DNA of 64,000 bases from an archaeon (GTDB taxonomy: Archaea; Nanobdellota; Nanobdellia; SCGC-AAA011-G17; GW2011-AR17). Positions within the stretch are counted from its first letter, which is position 1, and each line of letters opens with the position of its first letter. The translations under genes and the position numbers were made by a program. This document shows, one piece after another, positions 45,145-54,622 of the stretch. The notes beneath the pieces are model-generated. The model was not told where the DNA came from and searched no databases. It saw only the letters and a list, made by a program, of their open reading frames with translations. The stretch lies in NCBI GenBank assembly GCA_043814545.1, contig JBDRJY010000018.1, forward strand, positions 18,046-82,045. Reading direction: 5' to 3'.

Positions 45145-46285
45145 TTACTTTCCCTCTGTTCATTATATTTTTAGAATCATACTGTGCTTTTAATATTTGT
45201 AATCTAGACTTTTCTTCTTCAGTTAACTCTTGTTTGTTTTTTAGGCCAATGCCAAATTCTACGCCAATTTTGCCGTTCATAATTTTTACGAATTGTTTGA
45301 CTTCTGGTATTTGTTTAGAATCTTTTTTGAATGAAAGATAAAATATTCCTTTTGCTATATGCCCATAACAAGGCACTTGGTTTTTCCGTATCCAATGTAA
45401 GAATTGCCCTACTTTATTTAACGGTATTTGTACGTCAAGAATATCATAGTATCGATTTATTGCGAGGTGAAAGGGTAATTTTTTTCTCATGTTCCATACA
45501 ACGTTAACATCTTCATCGATATTGCCTTCAGCATCAGAATATTCTACAATTAGATGTGAACCTTCGCCTAACTCTAATAACTCCGAACAATGTTCGCCGA
45601 TATATTCTATCGCAACAATGTTAGGTTTAACTAAAAGTTGATCTAACTCTTTAATCAATCTGCTAATTAATGGAAACTTCATTATCTTAACGGTAGTTTT
45701 ATCTTTATCTTTGATTTTTATTTTCGCTTGTACAATAATTCCTGAAAGGCCTTCTTGCCCACACACGTTTTTTAATATATCGCGTTTCATTCTCAAATGT
45801 TTCCCGTTTCCGTCAATCATTTCAACTTCTAAAAGCCAATCGGATATACGGTTTTTGTTAATATTTTTAAAATCTAACGCGTTCGTTGCAATAATTCCTC
45901 CCATAGTCCTTGCTTCTTTATCGATAGGCTTAATTGGAAACTCTTTTTCTCTAAAATTTAGGTTATCTAATTTCACACCAGCCTGTATAACAATATAATC
46001 GTTAGTAAGTTCTAAAATTTTGTTCATCTTAGACATGTCAACAACCAAAGCTTTCTGCGGAACACAACCGCCAACTTTACTTGTTCCACCGCCTCGAATA
46101 ACTAAAGGCAGATTTTGCCTATTTGCGTGTCGTACCAAGTCATGAACTTGTTGAATATTTGTAGGGAAAACAACCCCGTAAGCAAAACCATCTTGCTTGC
46201 TTGCATCTCGACTATAAACAATTTTTTCAATATCTTCTTCAGAATAATTAATGTCACCAAAGATTTCTTTTAGTTTAGCATTCAT
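45137..46285 (-). CDS. FAD-linked oxidase (GlcD/D-lactate dehydrogenase-like)
   Basis: FAD-binding PCMH-type N-terminal domain (VIRGGGTS). Confidence 0.7.
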   Translation of the reverse strand: MNAKLKEIFGDINYSEEDIEKIVYSRDASKQDGFAYGVVFPTNIQQVHDLVRHANRQNLPLVIRGGGTSKVGGCVPQKALVVDMSKMNKILELTNDYIVIQAGVKLDNLNFREKEFPIKPIDKEARTMGGIIATNALDFKNINKNRISDWLLEVEMIDGNGKHLRMKRDILKNVCGQEGLSGIIVQAKIKIKDKDKTTVKIMKFPLISRLIKELDQLLVKPNIVAIEYIGEHCSELLELGEGSHLIVEYSDAEGNIDEDVNVVWNMRKKLPFHLAINRYYDILDVQIPLNKVGQFLHWIRKNQVPCYGHIAKGIFYLSFKKDSKQIPEVKQFVKIMNGKIGVEFGIGLKNKQELTEEEKSRLQILKAQYDSKNIMNRGKVID

Positions 46286-46953
46286 ATTAACACCTCGGAA
46301 AGTTCTAAAACTTTTACATCCTTAGAATTTTCTTTAAGATGTTTGTAACACCAAGGACAGGATACAATTAATTTTTCAGTTTTAACAGATTTAAGGTTAC
46401 GTTTAGCAATTTCGTTAGCTATCTTAGGCGAATTTTCTTTAAGTAACCCGTGCGACCCGCAACACAAACCTGAATCTTCACGAACTTTAAACCCTATTTT
46501 TTGCAACAAAGTTTTAACATCTTTATTATTAGAATCACAACATAAATGTAAAGTAACTTCTTCATCTTTGTAATTTTTGTTTAACAATTCTATCTTTTTC
46601 AACAGCGTTGTAACTATTGGTTCAACTTCAACATTATGATACTGTGTAAAAACATTTACGCATGAAGGACAGTTTGTAATTAGAGTATGTATTTTTTGAT
46701 TTTTAATAATTTCAGAATTTTGGTCAAGCAACATGTTAAATGTTTCAAGGAAACCAGAAGAAAGTGAGGGGTTACCGCAACAACCTTCAATATCTGTAAG
46801 CCGCAAAAACTCTACGCCCAATGAATTAAGGATTATTTTGTAATTTGCGACCACTTCAGGTAAAAAGGACTTACAAAAACAGCCCGGAAAATATAATACA
46901 TTTTTTTTGAAAAGCCCTCTAAATGCCATTGCGGTTACAACTAGGCTGTTCAA
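46282..46953 (-). CDS. CCG-domain (Cys-rich, HdrB/GlcF C-terminal-like) protein
   Basis: Two CCG-type motifs (CFCKSF...CCGNP; ...CCGSHG). Confidence 0.6.
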   Translation of the reverse strand: MNSLVVTAMAFRGLFKKNVLYFPGCFCKSFLPEVVANYKIILNSLGVEFLRLTDIEGCCGNPSLSSGFLETFNMLLDQNSEIIKNQKIHTLITNCPSCVNVFTQYHNVEVEPIVTTLLKKIELLNKNYKDEEVTLHLCCDSNNKDVKTLLQKIGFKVREDSGLCCGSHGLLKENSPKIANEIAKRNLKSVKTEKLIVSCPWCYKHLKENSKDVKVLELSEVLI

Positions 46954-47025
46954 AGTGTCGATTTATAAAGACTTAGATACTTTAAAGTAATAATTTATAT
47001 AGAAAGAAGGTTGTTTTAAAAATAT

Positions 47026-47541
47026 ATGAAGTATAAGCATAAACTTGTTGTCAGGATAGGATTATTGGTTCTGGTTGGTATATTGTTTCCTTACATCTAC
47101 TACATGCTAAATCCCTTGACATTACATGTGTCTTATTACATTTTAAGATTATTTAGTGAAGCTACTTTACTCAATTCTTCGATTATAATTGAAGGAATAA
47201 CTTTAAACTTTATTGATGCATGTTCAGCTGGCGCAGCTTTTTTATTATTAGCAATTTTGGTGTTGTTAACAAAAGCCTTATCATTTAAAAAAATGTTAAA
47301 GATGTTTGTTATGGGTAGTGTATTAATATTTTTAATGAATATTGTAAGAATAGAATTTTTAATTTTGATATTAACTAATTACGGTTTAAATTTGTTTGAC
47401 AAAATACATATGGTTTTTTGGCGAATACTTTCAACAATTTTTGTAGCTTTGGTATGGATTTTCATGGATAAATATTTTAAGTTAAGAACAATTCCAATTT
47501 ATTCAGATATAAAATATCTTATTAAGATGATTAAGAATTAA
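47026..47541 (+). CDS. Polytopic membrane protein, possible archaeosortase/exosortase-family member
   Basis: IDACSAGAAFLLLAIL (candidate catalytic Cys in a TM helix) followed by a conserved Arg (NIVRIEF); 171 aa, shorter than ArtA. Confidence 0.35.
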   Translation: MKYKHKLVVRIGLLVLVGILFPYIYYMLNPLTLHVSYYILRLFSEATLLNSSIIIEGITLNFIDACSAGAAFLLLAILVLLTKALSFKKMLKMFVMGSVLIFLMNIVRIEFLILILTNYGLNLFDKIHMVFWRILSTIFVALVWIFMDKYFKLRTIPIYSDIKYLIKMIKN

Positions 47542-47824
47542 TTCTAGCGCTTTGATGTTCAAATGTATAACCAAGTTTTTCTTCTAGCTCAGATATTTGT
47601 GCAGTTAATTTTCTTCGTTGATAGATATTATTAATACCTGAATATATAACATAACATGCCAAAGGTGTGGCTACGCTACCCAGAACCAAATTACCACCGT
47701 ACAATGCTGCAGTACCTAAAACCGATATAATAGCTGTACCGTTCCAACCTATGTGTTCTCTTTCTAATTTTATTCTTTCTTTTAAAAGAGAACTATACTC
47801 ATCCTGAACAAGATTAATAGACAT
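47531..47824 (-). CDS. small membrane protein
   Basis: 97 aa, two TM segments. Confidence 0.35.
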   Translation of the reverse strand: MSINLVQDEYSSLLKERIKLEREHIGWNGTAIISVLGTAALYGGNLVLGSVATPLACYVIYSGINNIYQRRKLTAQISELEEKLGYTFEHQSARINS

Positions 47825-47866
47825 GATAATTAAAGAAAAATAAATGGTTTAAATATCTTTTGCTAA

Positions 47867-48325
47867 TTAATGAAAAACAACTGAATGATTAAGAAATTCT
47901 CCTTTATCATAATTCATTTTTGCTGAAAAAAACTTTTCACCTTCTATCCATTTCAAGAAATGCTTGTCACCACCCCAAATGTTTAGGTTAAGAATTTCAG
48001 GATTATTGATCCAAGCTAGGTTGCCTTCGGGAGAATCAATTAACTCCCCATAAAATTCAGTAGCTACATAAACAAAAACTCGCCATTCCTCGTTGTCGTC
48101 AAACTCCGGAAAAGTTAAGAAACCTTTTAATAAAGGGTTTTTTATGATTAATCCAGATTCTTCTCTCACTTCTCGAATAACACATTCTTCAGGAGTTTCA
48201 CCAGGTTTTATTTTTCCACCAAGACCGTTCCATTTACCTTTGTGCATATCATTTTCTTTCTTAATCCGATGCAACATTAGAGTTTTATTTTCAGATTTAA
48301 TATAACAAAGAGTAGCAAGTTTCAT
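47867..48325 (-). CDS. NUDIX hydrolase
   Basis: Nudix box GGKIKPGETPEECVIREVREESGL. Confidence 0.8.
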   Translation of the reverse strand: MKLATLCYIKSENKTLMLHRIKKENDMHKGKWNGLGGKIKPGETPEECVIREVREESGLIIKNPLLKGFLTFPEFDDNEEWRVFVYVATEFYGELIDSPEGNLAWINNPEILNLNIWGGDKHFLKWIEGEKFFSAKMNYDKGEFLNHSVVFH

Positions 48326-48364
48326 AAAGATTAATTTAAGAAAATAATTATATAAAGATTTATG

Positions 48365-48961
48365 TTAATGAACATAATAATGATCAATCTTTTTACGTTT
48401 TTTATATAATAAATAAACAATTACTAGGACAGCTACAGCTATGATAGAAATCCAATTCAAATAAGTGTTAAGCATGTTAACAATCATTTCTCCAAACACC
48501 ATTAAAAATCCGGCTAATAAGAAAAATCTAGCACCACGCCCAATTGTTGAAGCTATTACAAATTTTTTAAAATTAATATAAAATACTCCTGCAGCAATTG
48601 TAAATATTTTAAACGGCAAAGGCGTAAATGCAGCAATTGCAATTGCCCACGCACCATATTTGTCAAACAACCTGTGAACGCGGTCGATCTTATCCTTGCG
48701 AAACATTTTTTCAAGAACAATCTTTTCACCAGCATATCCGATGCCATAACCGAACATAGCACCAAGCACTGATCCGACTGTACATATTAAAGCATATAAT
48801 AAACCTAGCTTTGGGTTAGCAAGAGTCAAAATAATCAACAATACATCAGGGGGTATTGGAAAGAACGAAGATTCCATAAAAGCTAATATGAACAAACCCC
48901 ATTCACCTAAAGGTAAAAAAGTATTTTGTGTCCAGATTAAAACACTATTGAATAAACCCAT
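48365..48961 (-). CDS. DedA/VTT-domain (YqaA-like) membrane protein
   Basis: FFPIPPDVLLI re-entrant loop motif; multiple TM helices. Confidence 0.65.
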   Translation of the reverse strand: MGLFNSVLIWTQNTFLPLGEWGLFILAFMESSFFPIPPDVLLIILTLANPKLGLLYALICTVGSVLGAMFGYGIGYAGEKIVLEKMFRKDKIDRVHRLFDKYGAWAIAIAAFTPLPFKIFTIAAGVFYINFKKFVIASTIGRGARFFLLAGFLMVFGEMIVNMLNTYLNWISIIAVAVLVIVYLLYKKRKKIDHYYVH

Positions 48962-48963
48962 TT

Positions 48964-49830
48964 TTAACCTTGTAATATAATAAGGTCTTCAGTGGTTAAA
49001 ACTTTTTTCATTTTCAACTTTTCTTCAACCTCTTTTGTTTTCTCTTTTAGCTTTTCAGCATCCCTTTTCTTTTTATTTTTCGCTTTTTTAACTTTATCAG
49101 ACCGATCTTTACCTTTTAATAAGTTAAGAACATTAAGCTTATTTTTCAATTTCTTGTTAACTTCTAAAAATTCGTTTTTGTATTTGATAAACTCGTCAAA
49201 CGCTTTTTCTTGTTCAATTTTAACCTTGTTAATATCTTTAGATAATGTTTTGAAATCGTCAAGACCGTCTTTATTTTCTTTGTTAAATTCAGTCAGTTTT
49301 TTATGAAACTCGTCAGCTTTTTTCTTAGCATCGTTAATTTTATTAGAAACTTCTTGCATTTCGTCGGAGACGTTTACAATATCTTTAACTTTATTATATT
49401 TTTTCTTAAGATCATTAATTTGTTTCATTATCCGCTTTTCTTGATTGAAAGGAAGAGCTTCAGTTTCAATCTTAAGTTCTAAAGCATCCATATCACGTTT
49501 TAGTTGTGAAGCGTTAACAGGTTTAGATTCGGTATTATCCATCTTACCTTTTTTATTGCCTAACTCTTTTACTTTAACAATTAAGATTCGTACTTGATCG
49601 TTATATCTATCACGTTCTTTACGCAACTTAGAAATATCTTGTACATTAGTACCCGATTGGTTTTGCATACCTTTAATCTGAGCAATCATGTCAGCAATTT
49701 TTTGCTTAAGATCCTCTTTTTTCTTGAACCACTCTTCTTTTTTCTCGTTAATTTTTTCTAACTCGTCCTTTAAACTTGAAACTTCCTTGTTGAGTGTTTC
49801 TTCTTGTTTTTTATCAATTTCCTTAGCCAT
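48964..49830 (-). CDS. K/E-rich coiled-coil protein
   Basis: Heptad-rich throughout; 288 aa; resembles the conserved archaeal coiled-coil proteins near ribosomal operons. Confidence 0.5.
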   Translation of the reverse strand: MAKEIDKKQEETLNKEVSSLKDELEKINEKKEEWFKKKEDLKQKIADMIAQIKGMQNQSGTNVQDISKLRKERDRYNDQVRILIVKVKELGNKKGKMDNTESKPVNASQLKRDMDALELKIETEALPFNQEKRIMKQINDLKKKYNKVKDIVNVSDEMQEVSNKINDAKKKADEFHKKLTEFNKENKDGLDDFKTLSKDINKVKIEQEKAFDEFIKYKNEFLEVNKKLKNKLNVLNLLKGKDRSDKVKKAKNKKKRDAEKLKEKTKEVEEKLKMKKVLTTEDLIILQG

Positions 49831-49902
49831 GTAATTTCACTTTCTTTGCGTCTTAAAGATTATTAAAAAGCTCTAAATAAGTAAAAAATAAAAAAGAGCT
49901 TT

Positions 49903-50196
49903 CTAACCGAATAAAGCGCCTAGTCCAGCTGCTGCTGCACCTTCGTCTTTCTTTTCTTCTTTCTTTTCTTCTTTAGCTGGAGCTGCTTCACTTGAAACTG
50001 CTGCCTGAGCTACTGGAGCTGCAATAACTTCTTTACAAGCTGCGTCAATATCAACACCGTCCAAAGCTGCTAAAAGAGCTTTGACACGACCGTCATCAAC
50101 TTTTACGCTTGCTGCTTCCAGAACTTTCTTAACATTAGCTTCGTTTAACTCTGTTCCAGCTTTATGCAATAACATTGCTGCGTAGACATATTCCAT
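49903..50196 (-). CDS. rpl12: Ribosomal stalk protein P1 (aP1/L12e)
   Basis: Ala-rich hinge and C-terminal [22 protein letters not shown]. Confidence 0.85.
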   Translation of the reverse strand: MEYVYAAMLLHKAGTELNEANVKKVLEAASVKVDDGRVKALLAALDGVDIDAACKEVIAAPVAQAAVSSEAAPAKEEKKEEKKDEGAAAAGLGALFG

Positions 50197-50197
50197 T

Positions 50198-51067
50198 TTA
50201 TTTTTCTCCTATTTTAGTCTTGAGACTATTAGCTTGCGCGTCAGCTTTAGCCAAAATTAGTTTGACATTATCTGACGTGATTATATCCTGCGAATTAGCC
50301 AATGCTGAAGCTTCAGCGTGTGCTTTTCTTAACAATAATTTAACAGTGTCATTATTGACATAACCAATATGCATTGCAACACTTAATGCTTGACTGTGCA
50401 GTAACTTAATATTATTAATATATTCGGCTTCATCAATTTCTAAGATTTTTCTTGTATAAACAATACCATCTTCAAATGTTGAAAGGATGTTTAGCCCAAC
50501 TTCCATAGGTTCAATTCCTAACCTAGTTAAAAGTTCAGCAGTCTTACTAGTGATTTTATCACCTTCTTTCAGAACAACTTTATTTTCCTTAATATGAATC
50601 TTACCTTCTTTAATTTCTGTTTTGATTCCTAAAGAACCAAGTTCACCAATAACTGGGCCTGGCGCAAAACTTGTAGCACCAGCTTGGACGACAATGTCCT
50701 TAGGCGCAATTTGACCTGCTTTTGCAGGTGCGGTAGATTTACTTTTTGCTAATTTTTTATATAATTTGAACGAATCTTCATTTGTGAATATCATTGCAGG
50801 CATACCACGAATGGTGCTTTTAATCTCATCAAGCTTGTCACCTACTTTATCTTTGATTTGGTCAAGAGCAACTTTAATGATACGATTTTTAGCCATATAT
50901 ACTTCAGCTTGACCCCTTAATTGTCCTCTCATCCTTTGCAATTGTAAGGAGGGTAGGTTAGCCATGTCAACTATACCAATAACTTTGTATTTCTTAGCAA
51001 GGTCAACAAGTTGTTTAACTTGTTTCTTTTTAGAATCGCTTACGTGGGCTACTTTGGGTTTACTCAT
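50198..51067 (-). CDS. rpl10: Ribosomal protein uL10 (P0)
   Basis: N-terminal L10 domain ([25 protein letters not shown]). Confidence 0.9.
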   Translation of the reverse strand: MSKPKVAHVSDSKKKQVKQLVDLAKKYKVIGIVDMANLPSLQLQRMRGQLRGQAEVYMAKNRIIKVALDQIKDKVGDKLDEIKSTIRGMPAMIFTNEDSFKLYKKLAKSKSTAPAKAGQIAPKDIVVQAGATSFAPGPVIGELGSLGIKTEIKEGKIHIKENKVVLKEGDKITSKTAELLTRLGIEPMEVGLNILSTFEDGIVYTRKILEIDEAEYINNIKLLHSQALSVAMHIGYVNNDTVKLLLRKAHAEASALANSQDIITSDNVKLILAKADAQANSLKTKIGEK

Positions 51068-51729
51068 TTTGTTGTCTCCCTCACTTTAACAGGTTTACCC
51101 ATGGTTAATTTAAGTAATATAGAATTAATGTTTTGTTCATGCTGTGGTAAAGTATTAACAAGTTGGTTATACACAATCATAAAATTGTCAGCAATTTGTT
51201 CAGATGTCATATCTTCTGTACCAAGAGGACATTTGATAATAGTATCAGCTTTTGTTATAACTCTTATCAGATTTTGTAACATTTCACACACTGGTTTAGT
51301 TTCGCCTTTAGGTGCTACGATACAACCTGCTTTAGGGTTAGGCATTTTACCTTTAGTACCTAAGTACCTACCAAAGTTTTTTGCAATGTCGGGCATAAGG
51401 TTAGCTTGTGCAATGAAAAAATCATATTCTCTTACTATTTTTTTGAATGTTCTCAGTTCTGATTTTAGTTTAGAAAAATCTGAATTTAAAATAACTTTAT
51501 CGCAATTAGCTTCAGCATCTTTTACTAAAGCGTTGTCAACGAATGCGCAAACCTTAGCCTTTTTTCCTTTACCATGTGGTAGGGAGACAAAAAAGTCCAC
51601 TTTTTCCTCAGGCTTTTTTAGATTAATTTGTTTAAGATTGATTATAAGGTCAACAGTTTGTGAAAACTTTCTTTTAGGAGAATTCTTTTTTGCTTCTTCT
51701 AATGCTTGAATTACTTGTTTTTTATTCAT
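51064..51729 (-). CDS. rpl1: Ribosomal protein uL1
   Basis: GKGKKAKVCAF...MPDIAKNFGRYLGTKGKMPNPKAG. Confidence 0.9.
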   Translation of the reverse strand: MNKKQVIQALEEAKKNSPKRKFSQTVDLIINLKQINLKKPEEKVDFFVSLPHGKGKKAKVCAFVDNALVKDAEANCDKVILNSDFSKLKSELRTFKKIVREYDFFIAQANLMPDIAKNFGRYLGTKGKMPNPKAGCIVAPKGETKPVCEMLQNLIRVITKADTIIKCPLGTEDMTSEQIADNFMIVYNQLVNTLPQHEQNINSILLKLTMGKPVKVRETTK

Positions 51730-51791
51730 GATATTTCCCTCCTACAAATGCTGTAGTACAGCGGGTTTAGAGTATGTTTAATTTTAGATTA

Positions 51792-51799
51792 TTTATAAA
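51792..51799 (-). promoter_or_regulatory. TATA box (aaaaccTTTATAAAta, minus strand) for the L1-L10-P1 operon
   Basis: Same consensus as elsewhere; the 17-nt upstream motif lies immediately 5' of it. Confidence 0.5.
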
Positions 51800-51805
51800 G
51801 GTTTT

Positions 51806-51822
51806 GGTTTTTGCCTTTGGCT
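51806..51822 (-). promoter_or_regulatory. Upstream promoter-associated motif GGTTTTTGCCTTTGGCT (minus-strand sense AGCCAAAGGCAAAAACC)
   Basis: Identical 17-mer at 63499-63515 and a near-identical one at 13792-13808, each 5' of a promoter. Confidence 0.45.
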
Positions 51823-52247
51823 TAGTAAGGTTGATAAACGTCTCCCATTATTCTAAAAGTTTTATGCGCATCAAAACAGAAATTCATTAGATCTGTTAAA
51901 TTATCTTTTGAAAGATTTTCTGCATCTCTAAGTTTTATACTAAAATTCCTCATTTTATAGCCAAGATTTCCGATAGCTGTAACAGGATTATCTTTTTGGC
52001 CAAACAGGTAAGATAAGGTGTTTATAACGATTTCATCATAAGATTGTAATTGTTCTAGACTACCCAGATCATTCCTGTCAACCCATTCTTTTAATTGTTT
52101 AACATTTCCCCAATTGACTTCAGTTTCGCTTATACGATAATAATCCATAGTTATGGACGCTCTTAAGAACATGTCAGCAATAAAATGATAATTATTGTCA
52201 AATATGCCTGGTTTAACTTTTCTGAAATCAATATAGTTAGGGTTCAT
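51822..52247 (-). CDS. hypothetical protein
   Basis: 141-aa ORF. Confidence 0.45.
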   Translation of the reverse strand: MNPNYIDFRKVKPGIFDNNYHFIADMFLRASITMDYYRISETEVNWGNVKQLKEWVDRNDLGSLEQLQSYDEIVINTLSYLFGQKDNPVTAIGNLGYKMRNFSIKLRDAENLSKDNLTDLMNFCFDAHKTFRIMGDVYQPY

Positions 52248-52353
52248 TGTAAGTTTTTGGAGATATTTAATCTTTAAATTTGTTTTGTTTATTAATAGGA
52301 AGGTTTAAATATAGGTTGTTTACTACCTCTTAGAAAATAATTAAAGGAATAAA

Positions 52354-53067
52354 ATGACAATAAAAACATGTTTATATGGATTGGCAGCTGCTGGCGCTTT
52401 AATGTTAGCTAAGCCTGCTTTTGCAGATGAAGATTCAGTTGAAGAAAGAAAGTTTGACGGTTCAGCACATTTAGGTTCAACTGTTAAATCAAGAAAAAAC
52501 GCTTTTGGTTTAGTTCTTTCAGAAGGTGTTATTATTGAAAGTGATGCATCAGTTGGTTACGGTCCTTTTCATTTAGGAACAGACGTTGTTTACGATGTAC
52601 TTGCTACTAAAGTCACAGAAATTGATACTGTTGGCGGTGTTGGCGGTTCAGTTGATAAAGTAAATATGGATTTAAGTATGATTTATGTTGCTTTACCTGA
52701 AAGTAACGGACTTGCTGGAATTCCTGCATTAATGGGTAAAGTTGGTTTTGACGTTCCTTTTAACCCAACTATCTTTACTTGTTGGGATTTTAAGAAAGGA
52801 ATTTATACTGACTTAACAGTTGGTACTGCAAATGTCCCAATAGGAGAAATTTATTATAATTTAAGCATGACTGGTGGTGTGAATTACAGTAACTTTATCC
52901 CTGAAGGAACTTGGAATTTCCATTTACAACAACGTCATAAATTAATATTTCCAATCTCTGATCATTTTTCAGCAGGTTTGGAAGGTGGCGTAATTGTTGG
53001 TCAAGCTTCAAGTGAAGAGCAATACCACGAATACTACGCAAACTTAGGTTTCAGTTTAGACCTATAA
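52354..53067 (+). CDS. Secreted hypothetical protein
   Basis: Signal peptide MTIKTCLYGLAAAGALMLAKPAFA; beta-rich, Gly-rich; local GC somewhat above flanks. Confidence 0.45.
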   Translation: MTIKTCLYGLAAAGALMLAKPAFADEDSVEERKFDGSAHLGSTVKSRKNAFGLVLSEGVIIESDASVGYGPFHLGTDVVYDVLATKVTEIDTVGGVGGSVDKVNMDLSMIYVALPESNGLAGIPALMGKVGFDVPFNPTIFTCWDFKKGIYTDLTVGTANVPIGEIYYNLSMTGGVNYSNFIPEGTWNFHLQQRHKLIFPISDHFSAGLEGGVIVGQASSEEQYHEYYANLGFSLDL

Positions 53068-53129
53068 TTTTTTTTATATTTAATTAAACAAAATTTTTCT
53101 TTAAGAACTTTCGAAAGATTTACGAAAAA

Positions 53130-53648
53130 TTATTTCAATTCTAACAAATAAACAGTTAGTTTCTCAAAAAATAAACTTTTTTCTTCAAGAACTTCAAACT
53201 TATATTTCAGTTTTTTAAATATTTTTTTCACATCTCCACCCTGCGAACTGAAAACAATTAGAATTTGTCCATTTTCATTCAAATGTTTTTTGGCTTGCAC
53301 TAAAAACTTTTCTAAAACTTCATACCCTTTTTTACCGCCAGTGGTAATAAGTTGCGATTCTTTATCTTCAAGTGTTTCTTCAGGTAAATAGGGAGGATTA
53401 AATATTATTAAATCAAACTTACCTTTAACTTTAGAAAATAGATCTGATTGTATAACCTTAACACCTTTTTCTTTTACATGTTTAATAGCTTCTTTATTTA
53501 TATCAACTGCTAAGACATCTTTAGTTTTTTTCAAGGCAGTTAAAGCTTGCAAACCAGAACCTGTTCCCATATCAAGAACTTTACCTTTAGCATATTTCAA
53601 AACATATTTTTGTAACAGAAAAGAATCTTCGCTAGGTTCGTAAATCAT
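53130..53648 (-). CDS. N5-glutamine methyltransferase (HemK/Mtq2-like)
   Basis: VLDMGTGSG motif I and NPPY motif IV. Confidence 0.7.
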   Translation of the reverse strand: MIYEPSEDSFLLQKYVLKYAKGKVLDMGTGSGLQALTALKKTKDVLAVDINKEAIKHVKEKGVKVIQSDLFSKVKGKFDLIIFNPPYLPEETLEDKESQLITTGGKKGYEVLEKFLVQAKKHLNENGQILIVFSSQGGDVKKIFKKLKYKFEVLEEKSLFFEKLTVYLLELK

Positions 53649-54091
53649 TTTAACACTTCAAAATATTCTCTCACCCTTTCAAGTATGGAATGTAAATAAT
53701 ATTTTTCAATTTTTTTTTCGAATAACACAGACACATCTTCAAACTCAGTCATTCTATAATTGTTTTTAATTTTTTCAATTAAATATAAATCACGTAACCG
53801 TTTTAACTGTCTACGTATGTTAGACGAAGCAATACCTTTTATTGGAAGTTTCTCATTTTCACGCAGTTTAACAACTTTAGCTTTAACTTGTTCAGAACTA
53901 AGTTCTTCTTTAGCATCGAGAAGAGCTTGAAAAACATCTACAACAACATCCCTAGAATCGCCAGGTTGCAACAATCCTACAGACAGGCAAACCTTACGTA
54001 TAAGCTCTCTTCGAGGCATTTCGTACGGTTTTTCGTACCGGCGCAAAGTGATTTCAGCCAAAGGAATGTCTTTAGAAATGGTAGATTTCAT
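53645..54091 (-). CDS. Putative winged-helix transcriptional regulator
   Basis: 148 aa with an HTH-like RRELIRKVCLSVG...; weak. Confidence 0.35.
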   Translation of the reverse strand: MKSTISKDIPLAEITLRRYEKPYEMPRRELIRKVCLSVGLLQPGDSRDVVVDVFQALLDAKEELSSEQVKAKVVKLRENEKLPIKGIASSNIRRQLKRLRDLYLIEKIKNNYRMTEFEDVSVLFEKKIEKYYLHSILERVREYFEVLK

Positions 54092-54178
54092 TTATAGATT
54101 CTTTACTTCTTTTATCCTATATAAACTTTTCTTGATTAAATGACAAGTTTTATAAAATTTCCAAATCTTTAAATTATT

Positions 54179-54622
54179 ATGAAAATGCCTAATGCCAAAA
54201 TTCAGATTGATCAATATACATTAATATTGTATAAAGAATATTTAATTGACAAAAGGTTAGTTGAAGAAGATAATAAAAGATATAATGGCATAACAACAAT
54301 TGATTTCAAAGCAATGATATCGCAACGACCTTTTGACGAATTAGTTTTGCGAGATATTTTAGACGCTCCAATTGTAATTTATAGAAATAATGTTTATGGT
54401 TTGCTTATATTAGAAACAGAAGTTACAAACCGTACAGGCCAATGCCCAAAACACGAAAGACCTTACACTCAGATTACATTAACACCAGATCAAGGCGTAA
54501 TAACAGATATAGAACGTTTATCTTTCTTAACAAATTATGAAGAACACAAGTTTGACGACCATGTTATTTATACTCACGTTAAAAACTTTGATTTAGAGTT
54601 AAGAATAAATTTTACTCAATAA
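54179..54622 (+). CDS. hypothetical protein
   Basis: 147-aa ORF. Confidence 0.4.
   Translation: MKMPNAKIQIDQYTLILYKEYLIDKRLVEEDNKRYNGITTIDFKAMISQRPFDELVLRDILDAPIVIYRNNVYGLLILETEVTNRTGQCPKHERPYTQITLTPDQGVITDIERLSFLTNYEEHKFDDHVIYTHVKNFDLELRINFTQ

Noticed and set aside
52354-53067. Bacterial outer-membrane beta-barrel (porin-like) interpretation of the secreted protein
   Set aside because: The host is an archaeon with a single membrane and there is no C-terminal aromatic beta-signal; kept as a generic secreted protein.
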